This document shows positions 24,086 through 38,161 of a stretch of DNA of 64,000 nt, piece after piece (the stretch's first letter is position 1; each line of letters opens with the position of its first letter). Location: positions 123,132,001 through 123,196,000 of the forward strand of contig OX597815.1 in assembly GCA_951406725.2 (NCBI GenBank). Direction: 5' to 3'. The notes under the pieces were generated by a model, which worked only from the letters and a program-made list of their open reading frames with translations, made no database searches and had not been told where the DNA came from. The translations under genes and the position numbers were made by a program. Origin of the DNA: Octopus vulgaris. Its lineage: Eukaryota.

Positions 24086-27000
24086 TGTTGACTCCATAAT
24101 TATGGAAGCTCCATGACAGTAGATGAAATATTAGAAAAATAAAATATAATTTCTTGAAATTTGGAATAAAACACAAGTAGATCTAGTGAGCTACCTAGCC
24201 CTGGGTATCTGAATGTAAGCTTCTTATGCTATTGCAGTAACTCTGTGTTGGCTTCTATCTCAATGAAAAATACCTGTGGCCACTAAAACTGGCCTACTAC
24301 CTACATTATATTCTAACTGGACAGATCTGGCTTCTCACACCGATCCTACAATGCTATTCTAAAACTAAAACAATCACATTATTGAAATCTCAAAGCTATG
24401 AGATAATGCATGATTAATTCAAAATATATAATCATTACATCTGATAGAGTAATCTGAATGGTAAAGGGTTACTGTTAGTATTTCATGCAAGCATAGCTTA
24501 GGTGGAAAGAAATTGAGACAGAATTTTTATCACTAGATACACTTCCAATTATCAACCCTTACTTGCTTTTGAAGCAAAGAATTATTCCAGAGAAATTTGA
24601 AACTGTAGATCTAGCAGACGACTTGACAGGAAATATTAACAAATGTCACTGGTTGCAGCTAACCCACAAAAGGTGACATCACAGTCCATAGCTCAGCATC
24701 ATTTTGTAAATATTGACACAGGTATACATGAGTATTTTAGAGTCCCACTACCAAATTCTTTCACAAGGGATTAGCTCAGGGTTTAAGAGTAGAAGACACT
24801 TGCCTCTGGTGCTATGCAGTGGTTCTGATCTGAAATCACGTTGAGAAGCAAAACTTCTTAATCACACAGGAAGAATAATGATGCTCAAACTTATTTCAAA
24901 ATTTCATCAACATGCCATAGAAAACTCTTTAGCTCAAGAAGTCATCTGATCTGGAGGTAGGTGCCATCATCACACTGTTTCTCTATAACTGCTGTTTGGA
25001 TGGCATCAAGACATTTTTGAAGCATTGCTCATGATGATTTAAATGATTATATTTCTAATGTTTACAACCACCTGAGGGTTCTCAACAAAACAGATACCAA
25101 AATATAGCTGTTTGACTATTAGACTTCTCATAGGTAATCTGCCTGTTACAATCTTTTCAATTCTTTTACCTTATATCTTTTACTTGTTTCAGTCATTTGA
25201 CTGTGGCCATACTGGAGCACCACCTCGAAGGGTTTGTAGTTGAACAAATCCATCCCAGGGCTATTTTTTGAAGCCTAGTACTTATTCTATCAGTCTCTTT
25301 TGCTGAACAACTAAATAAACACACTAATACCAGTTGTCACAACAGGCTTCTTCCAGTTTCTCTCTACCAAATCCACTCACAAGGCTTTGGTTAGCCCAAG
25401 ACTATAATAGTTGACACTTGTGTAAGGTGTCACACAGTGGGACTGAACCCAGAATCATGTAGTTGGGAAGCAAGCTTCTTACCACACCTGTGCCTATTGA
25501 CTTTTCATGCAATCCTTATTGGTTAACTCATCATACATGTGGTACCCTACTTTTCTGTTTATGCTCAGGATAGGAGTTGAGCTGAGTAGTGCAAGCTAAT
25601 CAGGCATCTGTCAATTTTACAGTGCTATCTCCTTCGCATTTATTTCATGTTATGTAGATCAAGTCATTGAGAGTTCTGTTAGCTGTATGATTCAGGAGTG
25701 CCAGCTTAGACTGTTTGGCAATGTTCTTTGATTTTCAGGGTTAGACCCTGCTTATCATGTTCTTTTCTCTAAAGATCTGGTTGGGTTGATGGCTTATGCT
25801 AGTTGATCACATACCACATGGTCATGGCAGGGGTTATCATGTAGAGATGGGGACTGACTAGGACTCTGCTAAAAGGGTTGCCCAGGAAGGACCCGGGAAC
25901 ATACTGGCAAATGGTGAATGCAGCAACGTGCTGCAATAGTGTATGCCCCTATACCTGACCTGATATAAGTTATATAGGATATACAAATCAATGACCCTTT
26001 CATTAGGGTGTCAGATTTCTCCATCTGTAACCCTCAATAATTATACTAAAGAAAACTTTAAATATCTTAGTTCAGTTTATAAGATGCTTTCTTCATTTGA
26101 CCAACTTCTATAACCTGAAAGTAAGAACACTGTTCTGAATGAATTAAGGTTAACATTAATTTAAATCTAATCTTGGTCTTGCTTTTTAAGTAATATGCAT
26201 TTATCGTATACTTATTTAAATATACTGAATGATCCAAATGTTGCTGGATTTTTCTTCTCAGCTTTATTACCAAATCACTAATATCTATGAAGGTTTTGAT
26301 ATTTTAAAAATTGTAAACAACTCTGTATACAGGTTTCTCTATTGTTGATGCCCCATTATCTACCCATCCCTATTTGACAATCTTTCTTTTCATAATTTAT
26401 TAATTGTACATAAAGTATCTTATGGTGTAAATCTTCTAAATGAAGTTAATCTTGATTACACTAGCAAGAGAATGTCTTTCCTCTCTCTAGCAATAATGTA
26501 TATATAACACTCAGAATATTTCAAACAGGAACTCTGTTATTATTTCACTTTTGTTTTGAAAGGTCTCAGATTTTCAGCAATCGAGTGACTTCTACCTAAA
26601 CCCCAAAGAAGCAGCCAGAAAAAAAGTGTATTTTGAAAAAGTACAAGAATAAAAGAGTTTAATTTCCTTTTACTTCATATATAACAAATTTATTCCTAAT
26701 ATCTTTGCTTGGAATATTAATAGTTAGAAAAATTAAGGTTCTAGTATAACATTGATTAATAAGAATTATATATAACATTTGTATTTGCATGGTAAGTGAT
26801 GATCTGAGATTGTGTAAACAAATACATAGGAGAAGAGTCATGACAACCATTTAACACACACATACATTATTAAATACATTCATTTTACTTGTTGATAATA
26901 TTGCATATCATTAACTGTCGAAGTTTTATATATTTATGATTTGGTTATTGACATAATACTATCCAGAAAGAAAAATTTATATTAAAGAGAAAAATATTAC

Positions 27001-27769
27001 AATATATTCTTTAAATTTGAATTGAAAATTTGTATATTCTTCCTAGAAAACATATGCAATCAGATTAGACTGATGACATCTAGCCATACTTGCATTTGAT
27101 GTAAAATTTTCTACAGGCACAATAAAGGCATTTCAATCCATAATTCCTAAATTGATATTTTTAGTGGTCTTCTCCCACCATTAAATAAACTTATTTAAAG
27201 CCTGACAAAACGTTCCAAATTGTAAAGTTCAACAATAACACTTCACATTTTCATTATCTTTAAGTGGACATTCTTCAAATCTTATAATTTTTTCAGCTGA
27301 TGGTAGTAATTAGTTCAATGTCTCTCAACACAAGGTTTTCATGTAGTTATAAACACTGTTCAAGAAAGTTTTACAGATTTTCTTTTAAAAAGATACAGCA
27401 ATAAAGATTCTTTGAAATGAAGTGTTCTTTAAGAAAACATTCAATAAACTTTGAAACTTTAATGAAAATTTCATGGAGTTCAATAAAGTTTCAGAATCTA
27501 ACGAAATTAAAAACATCTTGTCTTGAAGTACAATAAATTTACAAGCATTTTCATTATGAGTAAGATACTATACAATTTTTCAGAATAATTTAATCTAGTA
27601 ATGAAGATAATTTAATTTACATCAATAAATATACAGACTTCATATCACCTGAGGAAAATTTTATATACAAATGATACTAATTTACTGAAATTAATTTGAA
27701 CAAAAGATTTCAAAGAGATAGTTCAGATATGTAATATTTTGTTTAGAAAAAACAAAAACAAAGAAAACA

Positions 27770-28100
27770 CACTCCAGACTCTTGCCCAAAGACATGCTGT
27801 CTCCTCTTTATGTTTTCAATCACTACTATAATGGCCGCTCTTCCTCAGATCTGCTTGGTCGTGCATCTCCATCACTCATGGCCCATTCATCTCTTATCAC
27901 TCTTGATGCATCCAACTCCCTTAATCCCTCACTAACCATTATACCCAGTTCTTTCTCTTCTGAATATCAATACTCCAGAATCTTCTCCCTGCAACAGTTT
28001 AAATGGAAGATTGACAACATGAAGGCCACCAGTTTCAGAGGGCCTGTAAAGGTCATGAGCCATGTCCCTTTCTCCAGACTTGACAAGAGCTACTAATTCA
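27770..28100 (+). mobile_element. Highly degenerate LINE 3' end
   Basis: Translation ..HYYNGRSSSDL.. resembles Jockey/CR1-group ORF2 C-termini. Confidence 0.4.
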
Positions 28101-29092
28101 TAAATAAGAAATTTAACTCATCAATCTCTGCTGAATGCTTCTAGCAACCCAAGTTTAAAATAAAGGTAAAATTGATTTTAAACCTGCAAGAAGAGGACAG
28201 CTGATTAAATAATAATAACAATATACTTATTTAAACTTGAAGACTTAGACTTATAAGAGAAGGAGATAAAAAAAAAGATGTGACATTCAGGTTTTCCTAA
28301 AGAGCAATAGCAAAATGGTTCTGAGAGTTAGAATAAGGTCAAAGACTTAGCTCATAAAGATCTTATAAATTACATCACAGAACCTATTGTAACAGTAGTA
28401 TTATTTATATGGAATCTCAGACTGAAAAGAAAGAAAACAGGAACCTACAGTATCATTTGTTATGCTAGTAGAGAACTCTGAAGTTATAAGATAAATGAGG
28501 TGTTTTAATGTTCATACATTCACTAATAAGATAAAGGGTATAAATAAAACTATTTTTATTCAGTCACAACTTCCAAGTATCACAAATGGCCACTACTTGC
28601 CACAGTAACAAAAAAAATAACAAGGAAGGGAAATACAATACACTGTATCAGAAAATTGTTTACATCTAATTTAGATAAAAATATTTAAATCTAATTCAAT
28701 TTCTTTCAAATTGATTAAGGGACCAATCTTCAAAATATCATTCAGTGACTTGTACAACAGTCAATATATACATTGTATTAATATTTTGTATAAGAATAAT
28801 AGGAAGGAAAAAATAAATACCAACAGTCTTGTAGCTAATTACATACCAGATACTTTGGTGATCAAACAATTCACTAAGTAAATATTCTACACAAAGAATC
28901 AGTACGATGCTATCATCTTGAATATACTAGACTGGAATGTAAATGGAGAAAGACTGATTACACAAGGTCTTTTTGATTAAACTCTATTGTCTTTCAATAC
29001 AATATTAGTAACATGTAAATAATACATCCAATCTACAAAGCCAGAATTAGGTTTTGGAATATTCGTCAACATGAAAATGCTTTGTTTCATAA

Positions 29093-29271
29093 TCAATGTT
29101 CAGGCTGGTCAGAACTATTGCCACTGTTATTCTGCATTTGTAGCTCTTGGCGAATATCCTTTGTAGAGGCAAGTAGATCCTTAAGCCGAGCATACAGTCC
29201 ATCACTCTGCTCTTCCAAGGTCGCCAGACATGTATCCAGCTGGTCCAGAGTATTATTTAGGGATACATATT
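29093..29271 (-). CDS. BBLN: Bublin coiled-coil protein (C9orf16/UPF0184), coding exon 2
   Basis: EYVSLNNTLDQLDTCLATLEEQSDGLYARLKDLLASTKDIRQELQ resembles human EYAAINSMLDQINSCLDHLEEKNDHLHARLQELLESNRQTRLEFQ. Acceptor ttttcag, TGA at 29095-29093. Not in the ORF track. Confidence 0.88.
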
Positions 29272-29799
29272 CTGAAAATATAAATTTCTGGAGATTAGAA
29301 AAATATAAACATAAATCATTCTTTAAAAGCTAAAGTAGCATAAAAGATTATAGACCAGTTTTAGTGATCAGGTAGATATATCTCTGTTAATAAGTAAAAA
29401 ATATTGCTACATTCTGAGTTCAAATGTTGCTGGGGTTGACTTTGTCTTTCATCCTTTCAGGGTCAATAAAGTAAGTACCAGTTGAACACTGGAGTTGATA
29501 TAATTGACTTACCCCCACCCCTATAATTGCTGGCAGCATCGTTAGTATGCCAGGTGAAGTGCTTAGCAGTATTTTGCCTCTCGCTATGTTCTGAGTTTAA
29601 ATTACACCAAGGTTGACTTTGCATTTCATCCTTTCGGTATTGATAAATTAAGTACCAGTGAAACACTGGGATTGATGCAATTGATTTATCCCCAAAATGC
29701 TGGCCTTGTGCCAAAATTTGAAATTATTACTATTATTATTATCATTTTACTATCAGTGCAGTTAAACAGTTTGGATATGAAGTCCCATCTATTTTTCTA

Positions 29800-30090
29800 G
29801 CATGATCATCATTTAATATCTGCCTTCCATGCTGGCATGGGTTGGATGGTTTGACAGGCACTGGCCGGGCAGACGACAGCACTTATCTTCTGTGTCTGTT
29901 TTGGCACGGTTTTTATGACTGGATGCCCTTCCTAACACCAACCACCCCACAGAGGGGACCAAGTGCTTTTTACATGGCACCAGCAAAGGCAAGGTCAGTT
30001 TTAGCATGGTTTTATAGCTGGATGCCCTTCCAAACACTAACCACTTTAGTGTGGACTGGATGCTTTTTATGTGGCACCAAGTAACTTGCA
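29800..30090 (-). mobile_element. RTE-derived SINE/3' end with internal duplication
   Basis: catgatcatcatttaa..ccatgctggcatgggttgg; ggatgcccttcc occurs twice. Confidence 0.7.
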
Positions 30091-30092
30091 AG

Positions 30093-30345
30093 ACAAAGAA
30101 CCTTTGAGAGCAGAGGGGGCATTGGAAGAGGTGATCTTGTGTTAGATGATGAGAGGTTAGAGTGTCACAGAGAAAGAGAGAGACACAGACAGACAGAAGC
30201 AGGCATCTTGTTGCAGAGGAAGTACAAGAACCTTTGAGAGGGGAGGGGGCATTGGAGGAGGTGAACATGTGTCAGATGACAAAAGGTTAGAGTGTAACAG
30301 AGACAGAAACAGGTGTCTTGCTATAGATGAGGTACATGGTTACCT
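30093..30345. repeat. Diverged ~130-bp tandem duplication
   Basis: aagaacctttgagag..gggggcattgga..ggttagagtgt occurs twice (from ~30096 and ~30226). Confidence 0.7.
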
Positions 30346-32818
30346 GGCCAGAGAGAGACAGAGTGATCAAGAATGAGGACAGTAACAGGTGTGCTGCTGT
30401 AAAGGAGATACATGGTTACCCAGCAAGAAGAAGAAAGAGAAAGTGGAAGACAGCAAGAGTACAAGAGAGAGCAGGAAAGAGATGATGGCAAACTCACAAG
30501 GAACAGGGATCAGAACACAGATGGGATGGTAGAATAAAGGAAGAGAGATAGATGGTGGCAACTGCCAGGGCATTCCGTCAAGGTACAGAGGTCATAAAAC
30601 TTTCTAGAATTCTTCAACCTACAGAGGTAATACTGCATGTTGTGGACCAGTAGCCACTACATTTGCTTCAAACATGCAAATAACTCTCCTCCATTTTATC
30701 TGTCTTACAACCATAGTTACCAAGAGCAAAAACTTTATCTAACTGAACCTATTTCACAAGGTGACTAACCTTGATAGTGCTTACTTTATTATCTTCATCA
30801 AACTCTTTAATCTTTCTCTCCAGTGATCTAAGCCAAACAATGGATATGAGACACAACAGTTCTCATATCCCCAACAAAAGTAGCCGTTCTGATCCTGAAA
30901 ACAACTGTCCATAAGTCCTCATTTTCAAAATCTAAACCGTGAAGGAGACAGCTGTAAACTACTTCCTTTGTCAGCTTGAGTTTCTCTCCTTCATTAGTAA
31001 CAAACAATACAACTTCTGTGTAACTAGATCTAAAAGAAAGATTTGAGCTTGTATGTCAATGATCAGTTATTTTAAACATTGCCCAATGGATAAATTACAA
31101 TTCAGTTTCTTTTATCAATATTATGACCCAATAATATATGTTAACTAAACAGTCTTGCACTACATTTTGTAGTGCAAGGCTGTTTTGTTCATTGTATATG
31201 AACAGAAAACAATTAAAGCCCATAAATTCACAAGTACTAAATTTTAAATTTCTGATATCTAATGTCAACTTGCATATAAACATTGCCAAAATTGCATTTC
31301 AAATAAGCATTCTCTTTAGGACCGGAAAATACTAGAAAGTCAAGCGACCATATTGTGACACGTTATTTGTTTCCAAGCTATGTTTTTCCTGCTGGTGTCA
31401 ATGCCAGAAGTTCGACCTCACTTGTGAGGCCTCTTAAGGCCATAGAAACTTCCCTCGTTTATCTAAATAATAATTATGATTAATTGTAACAGGGACTCAA
31501 ATTTTGGGATAGGGTAAAGTATATCAACTACAGTATTTTACTTTGATCCCTGGAAATCAACTCAGACAGGATTTGAACTCGGAGTTAAAAAGAATTTAGC
31601 TAAATATCACAAGCATGATGTTCTTCCTACTGATTCTGCCGTCAATAAAATTGTTTCATTTATTGGCCACCAAGGACCAATTTCTACATACAACAGGGAA
31701 TTATAAACACAGGGATTACAATCATTTGATGGACAAAACAAGATATGAAAATGAAAGGAGACCTCAGGATGTTATACAATGAACATATCAAAAAATACAA
31801 ATTGAAGTCAGTACAGGATAAATATATACAAAATTTTTTAACAAAATACAAACTAAAACATGAGGCGGTAAGTTGGCTAGCCCAGCTGCAGTGAGGGGTA
31901 GGAATCCACTGGCTACATCAGGTCCAGAACGCCCCAAGAATCCTACCTGATATTCATACGTGTGCATTCAAAAGTATCATATCTCAAGTTAAGACCCAAC
32001 TAACACAAGAAGTTGTTTTCGGTGGATGTTCGTTGTACTCACACTCCAAATCATACTCTGGGGACCTCTACGTGGTTACTTGAATAGTTAAAATAGCTAA
32101 AAACTACTCCCTGCCATCTTCGAAAAAGGAAAGGACACATTGGAGAGTGAAGTCCTAGATACATTGAACAAGTTAGAATAGTGAAGGCTGGAATATTACT
32201 TGGTAATAACCTGTTCAATTAAGTCCGACTTGGGGTTAAACAACAATATTGATCCACAAGCAATTTTATACGCTATAATATTGAGAAGTGCGTTTGGACT
32301 TATTTAAGGAAAAATTTCTTAACGTCTTCCGAATTTGTACTTGCAAAATGCTAGTGGCCTTCTCTCCTTAGGCTTCTTGTATACTTTTTGTGGAAATACT
32401 TAGTTTCGCTTATTTCGACTGAAAAACGTCCATTTGTCGAAAAACAAAGTAATTAAGGACAAGAAAATTATAAAGCTGTGAATTCTAAAACGTTTTGAAT
32501 GTTAAAATAGCTTCTCTAGACAATCTTTTTTCCATTCAAACACAAATTGTCAACAATAATAGCGAAACCCATATTCTACTTCTTTAGAGCAATGACCAGT
32601 TGTCTTGATGAAAGATGATATTTCAGCGAGTAGAAATCTTTTTAAAAATTCAAGTACAAGTTCTGAAATTAATTTTAGAAAGACATCTTCACGAAATTAC
32701 AGCTTAAATTGGGAAATACACGCCCTTCTATAACATTAAAGTTAACTTGGATGATAGGTGTCAAAACTATTTTGAATCATCTTTTTACTGAAAAAAGAAA
32801 AATTTTTTTTTTTTTTAC

Positions 32819-32945
32819 CTTGGCTACAATGGTCCACAATATCATCAAGGTCTCCTATGTCCTCAGGATCAATTACAACTTCGACGTTTTTAGGAGATTT
32901 CATCGTATCTTCTGCATCAGACGGTTCTCCGTCTCCGCAAGACAT
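32819..32945 (-). CDS. BBLN: BBLN coding exon 1
   Basis: ATG at 32945 (MSCGDGEPSDAED..DHCSQ), acidic N-terminus. Donor CAAG|gtaaaa, phase 1, matches exon 2. Total 101 aa. Confidence 0.82.
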
Positions 32946-32959
32946 CTTAGTGATCACAT

Positions 32960-33085
32960 GTTAATCTGAAATAAAACATTTGCTGATTGGTTGAAATTGC
33001 AAACCCTACCAACCAATTACAGAGCAGGTTTCAAACCTCAATTACTTAGTTGTAAAATCTCTAATATCTTTATCTATTTTTGTTG
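32960..33085. promoter_or_regulatory. Compact bidirectional promoter of BBLN and DDX39B with two opposed CCAAT boxes; putative non-coding DDX39B exon 1 ending at 33085
   Basis: gATTGGttg (~32985-32993) and caaCCAATt (~33010-33018). Inr-like ttagtt near 33046. Strong donor TTG|GTAAGT at 33086. Confidence 0.65.
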
Positions 33086-34074
33086 GTAAGTAGAATCATT
33101 ATTTCATCCATTTGCATCCCTAATAATATTTAATAATAGGTTCATAATTTCATTTAATAGATTATTGATTATCTCATTTATTTAAGTTTTGAGATATTTT
33201 CTTGGGAATGTATAATTTTATTTCTTCGTTTTAATCTTACGTCTTCGCGGTACAATTGACCTTTTCCATATCATATCAGTTATCATTAATTTTGATTACA
33301 TTTATATAACTAAACATACCATTTCAATACCACTCCGAAAAGGAATTTATATTCAAGAAAAATAAAATGCAGTATTTTAAATATGCATTTTATATTCGTT
33401 TAAAATTGTTCTCACAGTTAATGGAAAGTTCGTTTTTTTTTTTTGTAATATGTGCCGATGCGTCGCCATTTTTATACTCTTGGCTTCTTTAAATTACTTC
33501 TCGTCCGCCTTTTATTAATCTATTATATTGATAAACTTGCGTGATAATTGTATTCAGTAGTCTTAAATGAATAAAGAATAATATTAGCGAATGGATTCGA
33601 AGTTTTCTCCTTAGTTACCCACCATAAAAGGCCTTTGTTTCCTCAATAGTTTGTGTTTGCTCTTGCTTTCTTCTCCACACATGCCGGCTCGAATGGCTGT
33701 AGCTGAAAAAGGCTCGGCAATAGTTAATACTTGTAATGAATTATTTTCCTTCGATGTTTTTTAAGCAAGTAGTTCGTTAGCGGAGTAAGTTTTTTTTTGC
33801 ATTAATCACCAGGGTATTCGGTGTCTAACTTGGAATTTTTTTGTTAACTGTTCGAAATGAATATATCACTACGATTGGCAACAATATTAGTAATACGTGT
33901 TCATTTTAGTAAACATTGCGGCTTTCTTGCAGCTCTCCTAAATGTTTTTTTAAAAAATTATCTATCTAGTTTGTAATCAGTTTATTCTTGCATTTCGGAA
34001 TCTCTTTTTTCGTGTAAATAAATACATATGTTTTGATATATTTATTCCAGAATTGTCAACTTTCCGAAAGTACC

Positions 34075-34282
34075 ATGGCTGATAATGAAAATGAGAATGA
34101 ACTTCTTGATTATGAAGAGGAGGATAATGAAACCACTGCTGATGGAACTGCCGATGGACAAACAAAAAAAGACGTTAAAGGAACTTATGTGTCAATTCAC
34201 AGTTCTGGTTTCCGAGATTTCCTTTTAAAACCTGAATTACTTCGGGCCATTGTTGATTGTGGTTTTGAACATCCTTCTGAAG
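34075..34282 (+). CDS. DDX39B: DEAD-box (DECD) helicase UAP56/DDX39, coding exon 1 of 9
   Basis: [52 protein letters not shown]. Kozak accATGg, acceptor at 34050. Spliced CDS 1281 nt, 426 aa. Single invertebrate co-ortholog of DDX39A/B. Confidence 0.97.
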
Positions 34283-34915
34283 GTATTAAAATATTGAGAT
34301 TAGTTCTAACTTATCCTTAATATTGATTTCTGCATGATATCCCATTTTTAGATTGTTCATGAGAGGTTTGATTGAGGCCTTTACTGCTGGGCAATTGACA
34401 AAAAAAAAAAAAAAAAGAATTTCATATGGAGGGCATATTGTACGAAGGCTATATAAATCAATGTATTTTATTTTTGGATCATCACTCTTTCCGTCTCCAC
34501 CCTCTCTTCTATATTGTGAGTAACCACATAGCCCCTCTACAGCTGAAGACCTATTCTGTTTTGGCTTCTCTCATACTTCTCAGTCTCATAGCAAAGATTG
34601 CCTACCTCTCTATTGTAGTCCCACTCAGTTGAAAGGGTTTGTCTTGCAAGCTGCATGGCGACCACCAGTGTTGGAGCCAAGAAAAAAAAACATTCTGTAA
34701 AGTGGTTGGTGTTAGCAAAGGCACCCAGCCACATATGTCATGCTTAAGCAAACATAGCAAGATGCAATCCTCTGACCTGTTGCATTCTGTCAAATGGTCC
34801 AGTCTATCTCAGCATGGAAGATATTAAAAACTGATGTTGAAAGTTATGAACTCTTACTGAAGTAACTATATAACATATATTTGTAATTGGTAAATTTATT
34901 CAACGTATTTTTTAA

Positions 34916-35068
<153 letters not shown>

Positions 35069-36036
35069 TGAAATATCTAAACTTTGGGGTAAAACCACAT
35101 CAACATCAAAGCATTGTCATACAAAATTATATTTAGGGTGAAAAATCATTGAGAAGGTGAGACAAAATACCTGCAAGCAAGAGGAGAATGTGGTTGATAT
35201 AAGTTTTGACAACCGTGAAATTGTATTCGATGTCTGTTTCGATTGTGAACTGATGTGAATGACAGTTGAATATTTGTAAAGATATCATAAATAATTGAAT
35301 GAGTGGTCACTTATTCTTATTGATGAGTAAGGCTACAATTAAACATTGAATACTTAAAGATTCTGTTTACATAGTTGAAATAGCAGCTAAATTGAGATGT
35401 CCTTAAATTTGGTGTAGTGGATTAAGTATTTAAACCATCCAACTTTTATTGCCATTATACTTGTGCTTTGACTTGTTTTTAGTGGGTCAACTTCACAATC
35501 AATATCTTAAAGAGTGTTAAACTTTCACTTATATCCATATTCACAGAAAAGGCTAAACTTTAATTTTAGGGTTGGCATATAGAATAAGAGTGGAAATAAA
35601 TTACATCTGTCTATTCATGTGAATAATTGAAAATGCTTTTTTACAAACTCTTTCTATATATATATATATATCATTTTTGGAATATATCTAGATACATTTA
35701 ATTAGTCATTATTCTATAAATTTTGAAACTCCTTCGAAAATTGAACACAGATTAAGAAGTCATTAAGACTTGTGAAACTGACTCTACTTAGAGTCTAAAT
35801 AACACTTGAAATTATTGTAAAAAGAATATATCTTTGATTAATCATTTAATATCTAAATCAGCCAGGTCTGGTTGCTTTAGTGACAGTACTATTTATTTGA
35901 TCTGGATTTTAGTAACTAATTCCTGGAAGTTTTTTTTATGGTTTAACAAGAAAATCTGTTATAATGTAGTTACTGTTTGAGATCTTTTAAAGAATATTTC
36001 AGTTTTATAATTAAAATTTTTTTTTTTTCTTTTTAG

Positions 36037-36313
36037 GTGTCTGTGCTTGTTCTAGCACACACTCGAGAGCTTGCATTTCAAATTAGTAAAGAATATGAAA
36101 GATTTAGTAAATACATGAATAATGTGAAAATTGCTGTCTTTTTTGGTGGTTTACCCATTAAAAAAGATGAAGAGGTCTTGAAAAAGAATTGTCCCCATAT
36201 CGTTGTTGGCACTCCTGGACGTATCCTAGCATTGGCAAAGACCAAAACATTGGTTTTAAAGCATGTGAAACATTTTATACTTGATGAATGTGACAAGATG
36301 TTGAATGAATTAG
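36037..36313 (+). CDS. DDX39B: DDX39B coding exon 3
   Basis: [25 protein letters not shown]. Confidence 0.97.
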
Positions 36314-36536
36314 GTAAGTATTGCAATATTGGTGCAATTCATTTTATTTAGCTTATTATATAGCCTATATGCAGATATAACTTTTATCTTAGTTGTGCTT
36401 AACTCTGCAAAGATTTGATATTGTTTGAAACCCTATCATGCAATTGTGGTGTCAGTTGGATGTTGGTTTTGTGTTTTCATGTTATAATTTTGCTTTCTTA
36501 ATTAAATATGTAGTTGTAATTTAAAGCAATTATTAA

Positions 36537-36746
<210 letters not shown>

Positions 36747-38029
36747 TGACGGATACTGCTAGTCACTTTATTTGGATGGAATGAAGTCAAAAGAAAGCTG
36801 GTTTAAGATAATTCTGAGCTGTAATTAGGGTATTAGGCAGTCTTTTTTTAAATTGAAATATTATCCTGAATCAGATGCACCAGTGCTGGCCACCAGAAGT
36901 CTTTTCATCATGAGAAATTCCACATTTAAATTTTTAAAAATAAATAAATAAAAGCGCAATTTCCATTAGATACCTACTTCATTTAATTATAATTTCAAGT
37001 TACGAAGAAAATATTCCATACCTTAATTTTAATTAGTCTTCAGTCTACAGTGGAGGCACACAAACACCTTGAGCTCTCAAAGCGATGGGCAAAGTGTGAC
37101 TCTTTGATGGCGTTATCTTCATAGTTTTTATTCACTTAGATTAATCCATCCTTAATGTGGCTGCAGGAGATGTTATATCTTCTCTGGCGTTCTTGCTGCT
37201 GTGGGAGTGTCTTGAATTTCTGGCATTTCTGTCCATCCTTGCCTGGCTGTCCTGAAATAGCCTCCACCATTTGGAGTGGCAATAGCTGGATACTTCTGCT
37301 AGAATCTGAAGCTGGAGACCTTTTCAACATCACTTCTTGGTTGAAATGCTCTAAGAGTGGGAAGAAATTTGGATATTGAGGAAATCAAACAGTGCTTTTC
37401 AAGTATGGTCAACACCAACAAATGAAGATGGAGCCAATTTCTGCAGTCTTCATATCTGCAGTGACTTATTTTATTTTAAACTCTTCATTTCTTTATTTAA
37501 TTAATATTTAATTATTTTTGGAACTGTTCCAGAATGCATTTTTTATAAAGTTATTAGACTTTAATTTAACAAGTTAGTTTTCAAAATTTTATTTTTAATT
37601 TCCTAGATCTATGTAAAATTTTTGTCATCAATTAAAATGTAATTTTACAAGATCATTTTATATTGTTATAGCTATACATAATTGAATTTTAGATAAATTA
37701 GTCTATACTAAATGAGTAATGCCACCTTTTCCTATTATGTAATACTCTATAATTTAGCTGTTAATTTTACATATGTATCAAGTTACTTATATTTACAAAG
37801 AAGCAAAAAAAAAAAAGCAAAGTTTGATTTTAATTGAAACATTGGTGCTTACAACACCAATGTATTTGATATTGTGGGTTAAATTTGTAGATTTTTAAGA
37901 ACTAACTTGATACATGCCTAGATACTACATGTATAATTTTTGGAAAATCTTAACTATAACTGGAGCAGTTTCTTGTCAATTAGTATTTTGGAAAAATGTT
38001 GATAATTTATTGATACTTTACTATTACAG

Positions 38030-38161
38030 CCAATGGAAGTTTATGTCGATGATGATTCTAAACTTACTTTACATGGATTGCAACAACATTATGTTAAACT
38101 GAAAGACAATGAAAAGAATCGTAAATTGTTTGAGCTGCTGGATGTTCTTGAATTTAACCAG
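38030..38161 (+). CDS. DDX39B: DDX39B coding exon 5
   Basis: [44 protein letters not shown]. Confidence 0.97.

Noticed and set aside
27070-27110. CTGATGA..GATG hammerhead-like motif
   Set aside because: Lacks GAAA and stems I/III.
33682-33775. H/ACA snoRNA in DDX39B leader intron
   Set aside because: Two weak hairpins but no ANANNA hinge or terminal ACA.
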